From the NCBI GenBank assembly GCA_040954595.2, contig CM082588.2:248001-312000 (forward strand): a stretch of DNA of 64,000 nt. Direction: 5' to 3'. Origin of the DNA: Balanoglossus misakiensis (lineage: Eukaryota > Animalia > Hemichordata). Position numbers and translations under genes: made by a program. Below the pieces are notes generated by a model that saw only the letters and a program-made list of their open reading frames with translations, did no database searches and had not been told where the DNA came from. Within the stretch, counting starts at the first letter, position 1. The number at the start of each line of letters is the position of its first letter. Below are positions 44,270 to 57,800 of the stretch, one piece after another.

Positions 44270-45990
44270 ATATATTGTGCAAAAAAACAACCTTTCATTC
44301 TCCCAAAGGAGAGAAGGGAGATGTGTTGGGTTTACAAAGGGTAAAATTGGGTGCTTAAGATAAAGGGGGGTTGTACACACAGTGTGGTGTCTATAGCAAC
44401 AGCAAAATATATTGCTATAAATGTGTAATATTGTGTAAATTAATTTTCATTCTCCCAAAGGAGAATAGGGAGATGTGTTGGGTTAATCAAGGGTAAAATT
44501 AGGTGCTTAAGATAAAGGGGGGTTGTAAACAAAGTGTGGTGTCTATAGCAACAGCAAATATATTGCTATAAATGTGTAATATTGTGCAAAAAAACATTTT
44601 CATTCTCCAGAGGAGAATAGGGAGATGTGTTGGGTTAATCAAGGGTAAAATTGGGTGCTTAAGATAAAGGGAGGTTGTAAACAAAGTGTGGTGTCTATAG
44701 CAACAGCAAATATATTGCTATAAATGTGTAATATTGTGCAAAAAAACTTTTCATTCTCCAGAGGAGAATAGGAGATGTGTTGGGTTTATCAAGGGTAAAA
44801 TTGGGTTGCTTAAGTTAAAGGGGGGTTGTAAACAAAGTGTGGTGTCTATAGCAACAGCAAATATATTGCTATAAATGTGTAATATTGTGCAAAAAAACTT
44901 TTCATTCTCCAGAGGAGAATAGGGAGATGTGTTGAGTTAATCAAGGGTAAAATTGGGTGCTTACAACAAAGTGTGGTGTCTATAGCAACAGCAAATATAT
45001 TGCTATAAATGTGTAATATTGTGCAAAAAAACTTTTCATTCTCCAGAGGAGAATAGGGAGATGTGTTGGGTTAATCAAGGGTAAAATTGGGTGCTTAAGT
45101 TAAAGGGGGGTTGTAAACAAAGTGTGGTGTCTATAGCAACAGCAAATATATTGCTATAAATGTGTAATATTGTGCAAAAAAACTTTTCATTCTCCAGAGG
45201 AGAATAGGGAGATGTGTTGAGTTAATCAAGGGTAAAATTGGGTGCTTACAACAAAGTGTGGTGTCTATAGCAACAGCAAATATATTGCTATAAATGTGTA
45301 ATATTGTGCAAAAAAACTTTTCATTCTCCAGAGGAGAATAGGGAGATGTGTTGGGTTAATCAAGGGTAAAAGTGGGTGCTTAAGATAAAGGGGGGTTGTA
45401 AGTAAAGTGTGGTGTCTATAGCAACAGCAAATATATTGCTATAAATGTGTAATATTGTGTAAAAAACTTTTCATTCTCCAGAGGAGAATAGGGAGATGTG
45501 TTGGGTTAATCAAGGGTAAAATTGGGTGCTTAAGATAAAGGGAGGTTGTAAACAAAGTGTGGTGTCTATAGCAACAGCAAATATATTGCTATAAATGTGT
45601 AATATTGTGTAAAAAACTTTTCATTCTCCCAAAGGAGAATAGAGAGATGTGTTGGGGTTATCAAGGGTAAAATTGGGTTGCTTAAGTTAAAGGGGGGTTG
45701 TAAACATAGTGTGGTGTCTATAGCAACAGCAAATATATTGCTATAAATGTGTAATATTGTGTAAAAAACTTTTCAATCTCCCAAAGGAGAATAGGGAGAT
45801 GTGTTGGATTTATCAAGGGTAAAATTGGGTGCTTAAGATAAAGGGGGTTGTATACATAGTGTGGTGTCTATAGCAACAGCAAATATATTGCTATAAATGT
45901 GTAATATTGTGTAAAAAACTTTTCATTCTCCCAATGGAGAATAGGGAGATGTGTTGGGTTAATCAAGGGTAAAATTGGGTGCTCAAGATA
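44270..45990. repeat. Tandem array of a ~152-bp unit, about 11 copies, two shortened to ~134 bp
   Basis: GTGTGGTGTCTATAGCAACAGCAAATATATTGCTATAAATG recurs at about 44382, 44534, 44686, 44837, 44971, 45122, 45256, 45407, 45557, 45709 and 45859. Confidence 0.95.
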
Positions 45991-46337
45991 GAGGTTCTTA
46001 TGATATGCGTCTTAGCTGAAGCATTTGTGAAATGACAACTTTGGGAAATTTTGTCTCCAGTGGTCTTGGTGGTGCACGGTTATCTTGATTGATGTGTGTA
46101 GTTTGGATGTTGATGATTTTTGCAGACAGAGGTATTTGTTGGTGATGGTACAATTGGGCAGTGATCATTGTGTTTTTCAGGATTTCAGGATTTAAATTGT
46201 AGGATATTTTAGATTTGTGGATACATTTGCTGTTTGAATTGATGGTTGTTAATACAGTGGTGATATTGTCAAGGCAATCGAGAGATGACTGTGTAGGTTA
46301 TGGTGATCAGAATGTTCCATGAAATTCTCTTCAAATT

Positions 46338-48355
46338 ATCCCAACATGATGTAACATATTATTTCTTCTTCATTTCAGGTACTAATTAAAGTTTGGTTGA
46401 GAAAGCAGAGGGAGGTTGTAAAACACAATGCATGCTTAACAGTTCCTTGTAAGTTATTACAGATTGCAGATTTCTTTGGCTTGGATGATGTACATGTACG
46501 GGTTTCCAGGTAAAGATGTGAAAAGTGGTACTCACCATGTAAAGTGTCAGATAGTTAAAGCAAATTTCAACAACGCATGCAGAGCTGATGGATTCAAAGA
46601 TTCAGTATCCGGAAAATACTGACCAAGAGTGGTAATGGGAAACAACTAGACTGGATATGGACCCCACTGCACTGGAAAACAGCAAGACTGGACATGGACC
46701 CCACTCCAAGTTATTACAGATTGAAGTTCAAGTGAATGCTGCCAACGCCAGAGAAGATTCACAGTGACGACAACTCGACGCCTGGTGATGATGGTACTTA
46801 CGGTTCAACTAATCATTGGTAAGCAGACTTCATTCTGATACGAATCAACTTTGTGATTATGTGCTTTAGTTTATTTGACCTAACTTAAACATTTCCTTTG
46901 TTAGCTTCAGTCAGCTTTTGTTAAAATCCCAACATGATGTAACATATTATTTCTTCTTCATTTCAGGTACTAATTAAAGTTTGGTTGAGCAAGCAGAGAG
47001 GGGTTGTAAAACACAATGCATGCTTAACAGTTTCTTGTAAGTTATTACAGATTGCAGATTTCTATGGACCCCACTGCACTGGAAAACAGCAAGACTGGAC
47101 ATGGACCCCACTCCAAGTTATTACAGATTGAAGTTCAAGTGAATGCTGCCAACGCCAGAGAAGATTCACAGTGACGACAACTCGACGCCTGGTGATGATG
47201 GTACTTACGGTTCAACTAATCATTGGTAAGCAGACTTCATTCTGATACGAATCAACTTTGTGATTATGTGCTTTAGTTTATTTGACCTAACTTAAACATT
47301 TCCTTTGTTAGCTTCAGTCAGCTTTTGTTAAAATCCCAACATGATGTAACATATTATTTCTTCTTCATTTCAGGTACTAATTAAAGTTTGGTTGAGCAAG
47401 CAGAGGGGGGTTGTAAAACACAATGCATGCTTAACAGTTTCTTGTAAGTTATTACAGATTGCAGATTTCTTTGGCTTGGATGATGTACATGTACGGGTTT
47501 CCAGGTAAAGATGTGAAAAGTGGTACTCACCAGGTAAAGTGTCAGATAGTTAAAGCAAATTTCAACAACGCATGCAGAGCTGATGGATTCAAAGATTCAG
47601 TATCCGGAAAATACTGACCAAGAGTGGTAATGGGAAACAACTAGACTGGATATGGACCCCACTGCACTGGAAAAGAGCAAGACAGGATATGGACCCCACT
47701 GCACTGGAAAACAGCAAGACTGGACATGGACCCCACTCCAAGTTATTACAGATTGAAGTTCAAGTGAATGCTGCCAACGCCAGAGAAGATTCACAGTGAC
47801 GACAACTCGACGCCTGGTGATGATGGTACTTACGGTTCAACTAATCATTGGTAAGCAGACTTCATTCTGATACGAATCAACTTTGTGATTATGTGCTTTA
47901 GTTTATTTGACCTAACTTAAACATTTCCTTTGTTAGCTTCAGTCAGCTTTTGTTAAAATCCCAACATGATGTAACATATTATTTCTTCTTCATTTCAGGT
48001 ACTCATTAAAGTTTGGTTGAGCAAGCAGAGGGGGGTTGTAAAACACAATGCATGCTTAACAGTTTCTTGTAAGTTATTACAGATTGCAGATTTCTATGGA
48101 CCCCACTGCACTGGAAAACAGCAAGACTAGACATGGACCCCACTCCAAGTTATTACAGATTGAAGTTCAAGTGAATGCTGCCAACGCCAGAGAAGATTCA
48201 CAGTGACGACAACTCTACGCCTGGTGATGATGGTACTTTAACGGTTCAACTAATCATTGAGACTTCATTCTGATACGAATCAACTTTGTGATTATGTGCT
48301 TTAGTTTATTTGACCTAACTTAAACATTTCCTTTGTTAGCTTCAGTCAGCTTTTG
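46338..48355. repeat. Tandem array of four units alternating long (~590-625 bp) and short (~400 bp)
   Basis: ATCCCAACATGATGTAACATATTATTTC recurs at about 46338, 46926, 47333 and 47959. The short units lack an internal ~180-bp segment. Confidence 0.9.
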
Positions 48356-48569
48356 TTAGAATCTGGTCCTGGTATTCTTTAGGTTATTGTGATTTTGGGT
48401 ATAGTTTTGATAATTGAATTGAACCAGTTGTAAGTTGGAGGAGTGATTAGAGATATGTATTGTAAATGTTTGTGGTCTTTGATCAGGACTAATTATTGTA
48501 AATAGTTGTATCTGGGTGATGTCACTTCTGTTCATTTGTATTTGCTTAATATGGAGAAATTGTTTAAAT

Positions 48570-48895
48570 GTGGCAAGTGTGTTAATTAGATTAGGTTGAG
48601 GATGATTTAATGCAGTTAAGAGTATATTAATTGTGAAAACTTTGTAAATGTGCCGTTGTCCCAAAATGTCAGTCCCCACTGGCAAGTGTGTTAATTAGAT
48701 TAGGTTGAGGATGATTTAATGCAGTTAAGAGTATATTAATTGTGTAAACTTTGTAAATGTGCCGTTGTCCCAAAATGTCAGTCCCCACTGACATTGTCGT
48801 CTCATGTCAGCTGCCTCTGACATTGCCGTCCCCAATGTCAGCTGCCTCTGACATTGTCGTGCCGTTGTCCCAATATGTCAGTCCCCACTGACATT
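48570..48895. repeat. Tandem duplication of ~110 bp followed by short GTCAG...CTGACATTG repeats
   Basis: 48570-48679 is nearly identical to 48680-48789. Several ~29-bp repeats follow. Confidence 0.8.
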
Positions 48896-51800
48896 GATGT
48901 GCAGTGATGAAATGCTATATTGCTAAACTCTGAGCACATCAACACACCACGTGTGTGCTTCGGACAGGGTTGTGTCCTAGTGACGCCTCTGCTTCGGACA
49001 GGGTTGTGTCCTAGTGACGCCCCTGCTTCGGACTGGGTTGTGTCCTAGTGACGCCTCTGCTTCGGACTGGGTTGTGTCCTATAGTGACGCCCCTGCTTCG
49101 GACTGGGTTGTGTCCTAGTGACGCCTCTGCTTCGGACTGGGTTGTGTCCTAGTGACGCCTCTGCTGCGGACTGGGTTGTGTCCTATAGTGACGCCCCTGC
49201 TTCGGACAGGGTTGTGTCCTAGTGACGCCTCTGCTTCGGACTGGGTTGTGTCCTATAGTGACGCCCCTGCTTCGGACTGGGTTGTGTCCTAGTGACGCCC
49301 CTGCTTCGGACAGGGTTGTGTCCTAGTGACGCCTCTGCTTCGGACTGGGTTGTGTCCTAGTGACGCCTCTGCTTCGGACTGGGTTGTGTCCTATAGTGAC
49401 GCCCCTGCTTCGGACAGGGTTGTGTCCTAGTGACGCCTCTGCTTCGGACTGGGTTGTGTCCTATAGTGACGCCTCTGCTTCGGACAGGGTTGTGTCCTAG
49501 TGACGCCTCTGCTTCGGACTGGGTTGTGTCCTATAGTGACGCCCCTGCTTCGGACAGGGTTGTGTCCTAGTGACGCCTCTGCTTCGGACTGGGTTGTGTC
49601 CTATAGTGACGCCCCTTCTTCGGACTGGGTTGTGTCCTAGTGTACGCCTCTGCTTCGGACAGGGTTGTGTCCTAGTGACGCCCCTGCTTCGGACTGGGTT
49701 GTGTCCTAGTGACGCCCCTGCTTCGGACAGGGTTGTGTCCTAGTGACGCCTCTGCTTCGGACTGGGTTGTGTCCTAGTGACGCCTCTGCTTCGAACTGGG
49801 TTGTGTCCTAGTGACGCCTCTGCTTCGGACAGGGTTGTGTCCTAGTGTATAATAATAAATTTTACTAGATTGTAATCACATAATTAATACTACATTAGTA
49901 AGAATTATAATACTGCCAAATGAATACCAGATGTGATAAACTAAAATTTAAATTGTAATTGCATAATTACTGCTATATGATTAATAGGATTTATAATACA
50001 TAATAACTGACAGAATTAAAGTGACGCCTCTGCTTCGGACTGGGTTGTGTCCTAGTGACGCCTCTGCTTCGGACTGGGTTGTGTCCTAGTGACGCCTCTG
50101 CTTCGGACTGGGTTGTGTCCTAGTGACGCCCCTGCTTCGGACTGGGTTGTGTCCTAGTGACGCCCCTGCTTCGGACTGGGTTGTGTCCTAGTGACGCCCC
50201 TGCTTCGGACTGGGTTGTGTCCTAGTGACGCCTCTGCTTCGGACAGGGTTGTGTCCTAGTGACGCCTCTGCTTCGGACTGGGTTGTGTCCTAGTGACGTC
50301 CCTGCTTCGGACTTGGTTGTGTCCTAGTGACGCCTCTGCTTCGGACTGGGTTGTGTCCTAGTGACGCCTCTGCATCGGACAGGGTTGTGTCCTAGTGTAT
50401 AATAATAAATTTTACTAGATTGTAATCACATAATTAATACTACATTAGTAAGAATTATAATACTGCCAAATGAATACCAGATGTGATAAACTAAAATTTA
50501 AATTGTAATTGCATAATTACTGCTATATGATTAATAGGATTTATAATACATAATAACTGACAGAATTAAAGTGACGCCTCTGCTTCGGACTGGGTTGTGT
50601 CCTAGTGACGCCTCTGCTTCGGACTGGGTTGTGTCCTAGTGACGCCTCTGCTTCGGACAGGGTTGTGTCCTAGTGACGCCTCTGCTTCGGACAGGGTTGT
50701 GTCCTAGTGACGCCTCTGCATCGGACAGGGTTGTGTCCTAGTGACGCCTCTGCATCGGACAGGGTTGTGTCCTAGTGTATAATAATAAATTTTACTAGAT
50801 TGTAATCACATAATTAATACTACATTAGTAAGAATTATAATACTGCCAAGTGAATACCAGATGTGATAAACTAAAATTTAAATTGTAATTGCATAATTAC
50901 TGATATATGATTAATAGGATTTATAATACATAATAACTGACAGAATTAAAGTGACGCCTCTGCTTCGGACTGGGTTGTGTCCTAGTGACGCCTCTGCTTC
51001 GGACTGGGTTGTGTCCTAGTGACGCCTCTGCTTCGGACTGGGTTGTGTCCTAGTGACGCCTCTGCTTCGGACTGGGTTGTGTCCTAGTGTACGCCCCTGC
51101 TTCGGACTGGGTTGTGTCCTAGTGACGCCCCTGCTTCGGACTGGGTTGTGTCCTAGTGACGCCTCTGCTTCGGACTGGGTTGTGTCCTAGTGACGCCCCT
51201 GCTTCGGACTGGGTTGTGTCCTAGTGACGTCCCTGCTTCGGACTTGGTTGTGTCCTAGTGACGCCTCTGCTTCGGACTGGGTTGTGTCCTAGTGACGCCT
51301 CTGCTTCGGACTGGGTTGTGTCCTAGTGACGCCTCTGCTTCGGACAGGGTTGTGTCCTAGTGTATAATAATAAATTTTACTAGATTGTAATCACATAATT
51401 AATACTACATTAGTAAGAATTATAATACTGCCAAATGAATACCAGATGTGATAAACTAAAATTTAAAATGTAATTGCATAATTACTGCTATATGATTAAT
51501 AGGATTTATAATACATAATAACTGACAGAATTAAAGTGACGCCTCTGCTTCGGACTGGGTTGTGTCCTAGTGACGCCCCTGCTTCGGACAGGGTTGTGTC
51601 CTAGTGACGCCTCTGCTTCGGACTGGGTTGTGTCCTAGTGACGCCCCTGCTTCGGACAGGGTTGTGTCCTAGTGACGCCCCTGCATCGGACAGGGTTGTG
51701 TCCTAGTGACGCCTCTGCTTCGGACTGGGTTGTGTCCTAGTGACGCCTCTGCTTCGGACTGGGTTGTGTCCTAGTGACGCCTCTGCTTCGGACAGGGTTA

Positions 51801-52748
51801 AAGTGTCCTAGTGACGCCCCTGCTTCGGACAGGGTTGTGTCCTAGTGACGCCTCTGCATCCGACAGGGTTGTGTCCTAGTGTATAATAATAAATTTTACT
51901 AGATTGTAATCACATAATTAATACTACATTAGTAAGAATTATAATACTGCCAAATGAATACCAGATGTGATAAACTAAAATTTAAATTGTAATTGCATAA
52001 TTACTGCTATATGATTAATAGGATTTATAATACATAATAACTGACAGAATTAAAGTGACGCCTCTGCTTCGGACTGGGTTGTGTCCTAGTGACGCCTCTG
52101 TTTCGGACTGGGTTGTGTCCTAGTGACGCCTCTGCTTCGGACAGGGTTGTGTCCTAGTGACGCCCCTGCTTCGGACAGGGTTGTGTCCTAGTGACGCCTC
52201 TGCATCGGACAGGGTTGTGTCCTAGTGTATAATAATAAATTTTACTAGATTGTAATCACATAATTAATACTACATTAGTAAGAATTATAATACTGCCAAA
52301 TGAATACCAGATGTGATAAACTAAAATTTAAATTGTAATTGCATAATTACTGCTATATGATTAATAGGATGTATAATACATAATAACTGACAGAATTAAA
52401 GTGACGCCTCTGCTTCGGACTGGGTTGTGTCCTAGTGACGCCTCTGCTTCGGACAGGGTTGTGTCCTAGTGACCCCTCTGCATCGGACTGGGTTGTGTCC
52501 TAGTGTACGCCCCTGCTTCGGACTGGGTTGTGTCCTAGTGTACGCCCCTGCTTCGGACAGGGTTGTGTCCTAGTGACGCCTCTGCATCGGACAGGGTTGT
52601 GTCCTAGTGACGCCTCTGCTTCGGACAGGGTTGTGTCCTAGTGACGCCCCTGCTTCGGACTGGGTTGTGTCCTAGTGACGCCTCTGCTTCGGACAGGGTT
52701 GTGTCCTAGTGACCCCTCTGCATCGGACAGGGTTGTGTCCTAGTGACG

Positions 52749-54823
52749 CCCTTACCAAATTTCCGAGTGCTCGGGTGCACCTCGGGTGCACCTAAAATAC
52801 ACCCAAAACACACCAATAGCACTTAGACCCACCCGTAACCTACCTAAAACACACCACTGTAAGATGAGGTGGGTTTTGGGTGGGTGGTGTAACCCACCCG
52901 AAATCCACCCCTACAACATAAACTGAATAGGTGTCTTACGGGTGCACCCGAAATACACCTTCTGATATCAGCACTGGCCGTTAAGGCACCCAAAACACAC
53001 CCGCTTTCGTCTTTGCAACTTTTTCACATCGGGAAGGCACCCAAAACACACCCACTTTCGACTTTGCAACTTTTTCACATCGGGAAGGCACCTAAAACAC
53101 ACCAGCTTTAGACTTTGCAACTTTTTCACATAGGGAAGGCACTCAAAACACACCCGCTTTCGACTTTGCAACTTTTTCACATCGGGAAGGCACCCAAAAC
53201 ACACCAGCTTTAGACTTTGCAACTTTTTCACATCGGGAAGGCACCCAAAACACACCCGCTTTCGACTTTGCAACTTTTTCACATCGGGAAGGCACCCAAA
53301 ACACACCCGCTTTCGACTTTGCAACTTTTTCACATCGAGAAGGCACCCAAAACACACCCGCTTTAGACTTAGCAACTTTTTCACATCAGTTAGTTGATGA
53401 AAAATTATATCATCTGTTGAAGTTGGAAAATTTCTGAATATATTTTATTAAATAATTAACAGCTCCAAGGAATAAAAAACATTTTTTTTGTCCATTTATA
53501 TGTACTGGAATATCGCACAAAATCAAGTTCTGTCTCTTTATTTTGGAGATCACGATTTTAATAAAAGTTTTCCACGATTTATTCACCACAAACTACAACC
53601 CTTGCAAGTTGTACTGGCCGAAGTACAATACTTGACTTTTGACCCGGGACGTCATTAACATACGTAACCGGATTGGTCCATTCATAATAACGTCATTGAA
53701 CAGTCATACTGGCAAGTCCACATCGTAGACACGGAAGTCAATGTCGGAAAGCCATTTCGACGCAGTTTTAGCAAAATTTGTGAAATCGTTTCGTTGTTCC
53801 GACTACTTTAGGCGTCAGAGATGACGTGCGGATATCAAAACACGTAAGATCATGACAAGGGAGGTCAGTCACGTACGTTCATCACGCGCATCGGTCGACA
53901 TGGTCATAACAATGTGGCCGCCATTCTCGATGTCAGTAAACAGTCGCATTCAAACACATCGCGTTTTGATACGACTCGGACGATTGTAAGTACCAAACGC
54001 GTTTTGAACGAACACCTACTCCTGTGGTGTGTCCATTGATAGCTGTTGATTTGACCGTACTCATTACAAGAAATCTCGATCGCCATTTAAGGACGATGAT
54101 GCATGGACGAGCATCCGCGAGAATGGTTCATTCAAAATGGCGTGGACATTGCATGTACGTTGCATAATATCGTTCCCGGACAGAAATGTGAAGCAGCATG
54201 CCTCCGATAACTTAATTATTGCTGTGAAACCACTGACTATATTCTGATCACGGTGACCACATTTCCATCGAACTTAGTGTAGATTACAAGTGTTTGTACA
54301 TAGCTAGTCGAACTGTACTATGTAGCTCTATCATTTTATCCATCATTTTATTTTTACTGTACTGTACAAAAGAACTTTATTAAGTTTACAATTAGCAATA
54401 TATTGACTTTTAGTTTTATTGAACAATAATTGTATTGGCTGTTTTTTTCACATTGTGTGTGTGTGTGTATGAGCCACTGCAGCAACTGCATGATACATCT
54501 ATAATATCATTCAGGTGTGTTTTAGGTGCCACCTAAAGTGCACCCGGAGTATGTTGTTCCGGGTGCGTTTCAGGTGCATCCATACCATATCATACGGGTG
54601 TGTTTTAGGTGCCACCTAAGGTGCACCTCGGATGTGCTCTATTTCGGGTGCCTTTCGGGTGCACCTATAATGCACCTGTTTTGTACACCCGAAACACACC
54701 TAAAGTGACCAATTTAAGGTGGTTTCGGGTGTGTTCTGAGGGGTGTGTTTCGGGTGCCACCTAAGGTGCACCCGGGGTGTGTTCTTTCGGGTGCCTTTCG
54801 GGTGCACCCGATTTTGGTAAGGG
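52749..54823. mobile_element. Non-autonomous CACTA/EnSpm (CMC)-type DNA transposon, about 2.07 kb
   Basis: Termini CCCTTACCAAA and TTTGGTAAGGG form an 11-bp TIR. A CG dinucleotide is duplicated, and removing the element restores the monomer GTGA-CG-CCTCT. Subterminal CGGGTGCAC and AAAACACACC repeats are inverted between the two ends. No transposase ORF. Confidence 0.85.
52983..53388. repeat. 51-bp minisatellite, about 8 copies, inside the transposon
   Basis: AAGGCACCCAAAACACACCCGCTTTCGACTTTGCAACTTTTTCACATCGGG is repeated in tandem. Confidence 0.95.
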
Positions 54824-57800
54824 CGCCTCTGCTTCGGACTGGGTTGTGTCCTAGTGACGCCTCTGCTTCGGACAGGGTTGTGTCCTAGTGACCCCTCTGC
54901 ATCGGACAGGGTTGTGTCCTAGTGACGCCTCTGCTTCGGACTGGGTTGTGTCCTAGTGACGCCTCTGCTTCGGACAGGGTTGTGTCCTAGTGACGCCTCT
55001 GCTTCGGACAGGGTTGTGTCCTAGTGACGCCTCTGCTTCGGACAGGGTTGTGTCCTAGTGACCCCTCTGCATCGGACAGGGTTGTGTCCTAGTGTATAAT
55101 AATAAATTTTACTAGATTGTAATCACATAATTAATACTACATTAGTAAGAATTATAATACTGCCAAATGAATACCAGATGTGATAAACTAAAATTTAAAT
55201 TGTAATTGCATAATTACTGCTATATGATTAATAGGATTTATAATACATAATAACTGACAGAATTAAAATGACGCCTCTGCTTCGGACAGGGTTGTGTCCT
55301 AGTGACGCCTCTGCTTCGGACTGGGTTGTGTCCTAGTGACGCCTCTGCTTCGGACAGGGTTGTGTCCTAGTGACGCCTCTGCTTCGGACAGGGTTGTGTC
55401 CTAGTGACGCCTCTGCTTCGGACTGGGTTGTGTCCTAGTGACGCCTCTGCTTCGGACTGGGTTGTGTCCTAGTGTATAATAATAAATTTTACAAGATTGT
55501 AATCACATAATTAATACTACATTAGTAAGAATTATAATACTGCCAAGTGAATACCAGATGTGATAAACTAAAATTTAAATTGTAATTGCATAATTACTGC
55601 TATATGATTAATAGGATTTATAATACATAATAACTGACAGAATTAAAATGACGCCTCTGCTTCGGACTGGGTTGTGTCCTAGTGACGCCCCTGCTTCGGA
55701 CAGGGTTGTGTCCTAGTGACGCCCCTGCTTCGGACTGGGTTGTGTCCTAGTGACGCCCCTGCTTCGGACTGGGTTGTGTCCTAGTGACGCCTCTGCTTCG
55801 GACTGGGTTGTGTCCTAGTGTATAATAATAAATTTTACTAGATTGTAATCACATAATTAATACTACATTAGTAAGAATTATAATACTGCCAAGTGAATAC
55901 CAGATGTGATAAACTAAAATTTAAATTGTAATTGCATAATTACTGCTATATGATTAATAGGATTTATAATACATAATAACTGACAGAATTAAAATGACGC
56001 CTCTGCTTCGGACTGGGTTGTGTCCTAGTGACGCCCCTGCTTCGGACTGGGTTGTGTCCTAGTGACGCCTCTGCTTCGGACTGGGTTGTGTCCTAGTGAC
56101 GCCCCTGCTTCGGACTGGGTTGTGTCCTAGTGACGCCTCTGCTTCGGACAGGGTTGTGTCCTAGTGACGCCTCTGCTTCGGACTGGGTTGTGTCCTAGTG
56201 ACGCCCCTGCTTCGGACTGGGTTGTGTCCTAGTGACGCCTCTGCTTCGGACTGGGTTGTGTCCTAGTGACGCCCCTGCTTCGGACTGGGTTGTGTCCTAG
56301 TGTACGCCCCTGCTTCGGACAGGGTTGTGTCCTAGTGACGCCTCTGCTTCGGACCGGGTTGTGTCCTAGTGACGCCTCTGCTTCGGACAGGGTTGTGTCC
56401 TAGTGACGCCTCTGCTTCGGACTGGGTTGTGTCCTAGTGTACGCCCCTGCTTCGGACAGGGTTGTGTCCTAGTGTACGCCCCTGCTTCGGACTGGGTTGT
56501 GTCCTAGTGTACGCCCCTGCTTCGGACAGGGTTGTGTCCTAGTGACGCCTCTGCATCGGACAGGGTTGTGTCCTAGTGTATAATAATAAATTTTACTAGA
56601 TTGTAATCACATAATTAATACTACATTAGTAAGAATTATAATACTGCCAAATGAATACCAGATGTGATAAACTAAAATTTAAATTGTAATTGCATAATTA
56701 CTGCTATATGATTAATAGGATTTATAATACATAATAACTGACAGAATTAAAATGACGCCTCTGCTTCGGACTGGGTTGTGTCCTAGTGACGCCCCTGCTT
56801 CGGACTGGGTTGTGTCCTAGTGTACGCCCCTGCTTCGGACAGGGTTGTGTCCTAGTGTACGCCTCTGCTTCGGACTGGGTTGTGTCCTAGTGACGCCTCT
56901 GCTTCGGACTGGGTTGTGTCCTAGTGACGCCCCTGCTTCGGACTGGGTTGTGTCCTAGTGACGCCTCTGCTTCGGACTTGGTTGTGTCCTAGTGACGCCT
57001 CTGCTTCGGACTGGGTTGTGTCCTAGTGACGCCTCTGCTTCGGACTGGGTTGTGTCCTAGTGACGCCCCTGCTTCGGACTGGGTTGTGTCCTAGTGTACG
57101 CCCCTGCTTCGGACAGGGTTGTGTCCTAGTGTACGCCCCTGCTTCGGACAGGGTTGTGTCCTAGTGTATAATAATAAATTTTACTAGATTGTAATCACAT
57201 AATTAATACTACATTAGTAAGAATTATAATACTGCCAAATGAATACCAGATGTGATAAACTAAAATTTAAATTGTAATTGCATAATTACTGCTATATGAT
57301 TAATAGGATTTATAATACATAATAACTGACAGAATTAAAATGACGCCTCTGCTTCGGACTGGGTTGTGTCCTAGTGACGCCCCTGCTTCGGACTGGGTTG
57401 TGTCCTAGTGACGCCCCTGCTTCGGACAGGGTTGTGTCCTAGTGACGCCTCTGCATCGGACAGGGTTGTGTCCTAGTGTATAATAATAAATTTTACTAGA
57501 TTGTAATCACATAATTAATACTACATTAGTAAGAATTATAATACTGCCAAATGAATACCAGATGTGATAAACTAAAATTTAAATTGTAATTGCATAATTA
57601 CTGCTATATGATTAATAGGATTTATAATACATAATAACTGACAGAATTAAAATGACGCCTCTGCTTCGGACAGGGTTGTGTCCTAGTGACGCCCCTGCTT
57701 CGGACAGGGTTGTGTCCTAGTGTACGCCCCTGCTTCGGACTGGGTTGTGTCCTAGTGACGCCTCTGCTTCGGACTGGGTTGTGTCCTAGTGACGCCTCTG

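Noticed and set aside
43930-46300. Short minus-strand ORFs as Penelope or LINE protein remnants
   Set aside because: I could not identify an RT or GIY-YIG motif or a hammerhead core, so this is kept only as a hypothesis in the findings.
52968-53384. 138-aa Cys-repeat ORF (KKLQSRKRVCFGCLPDV)n
   Set aside because: It is a translation of the 51-bp minisatellite inside a non-coding transposon.
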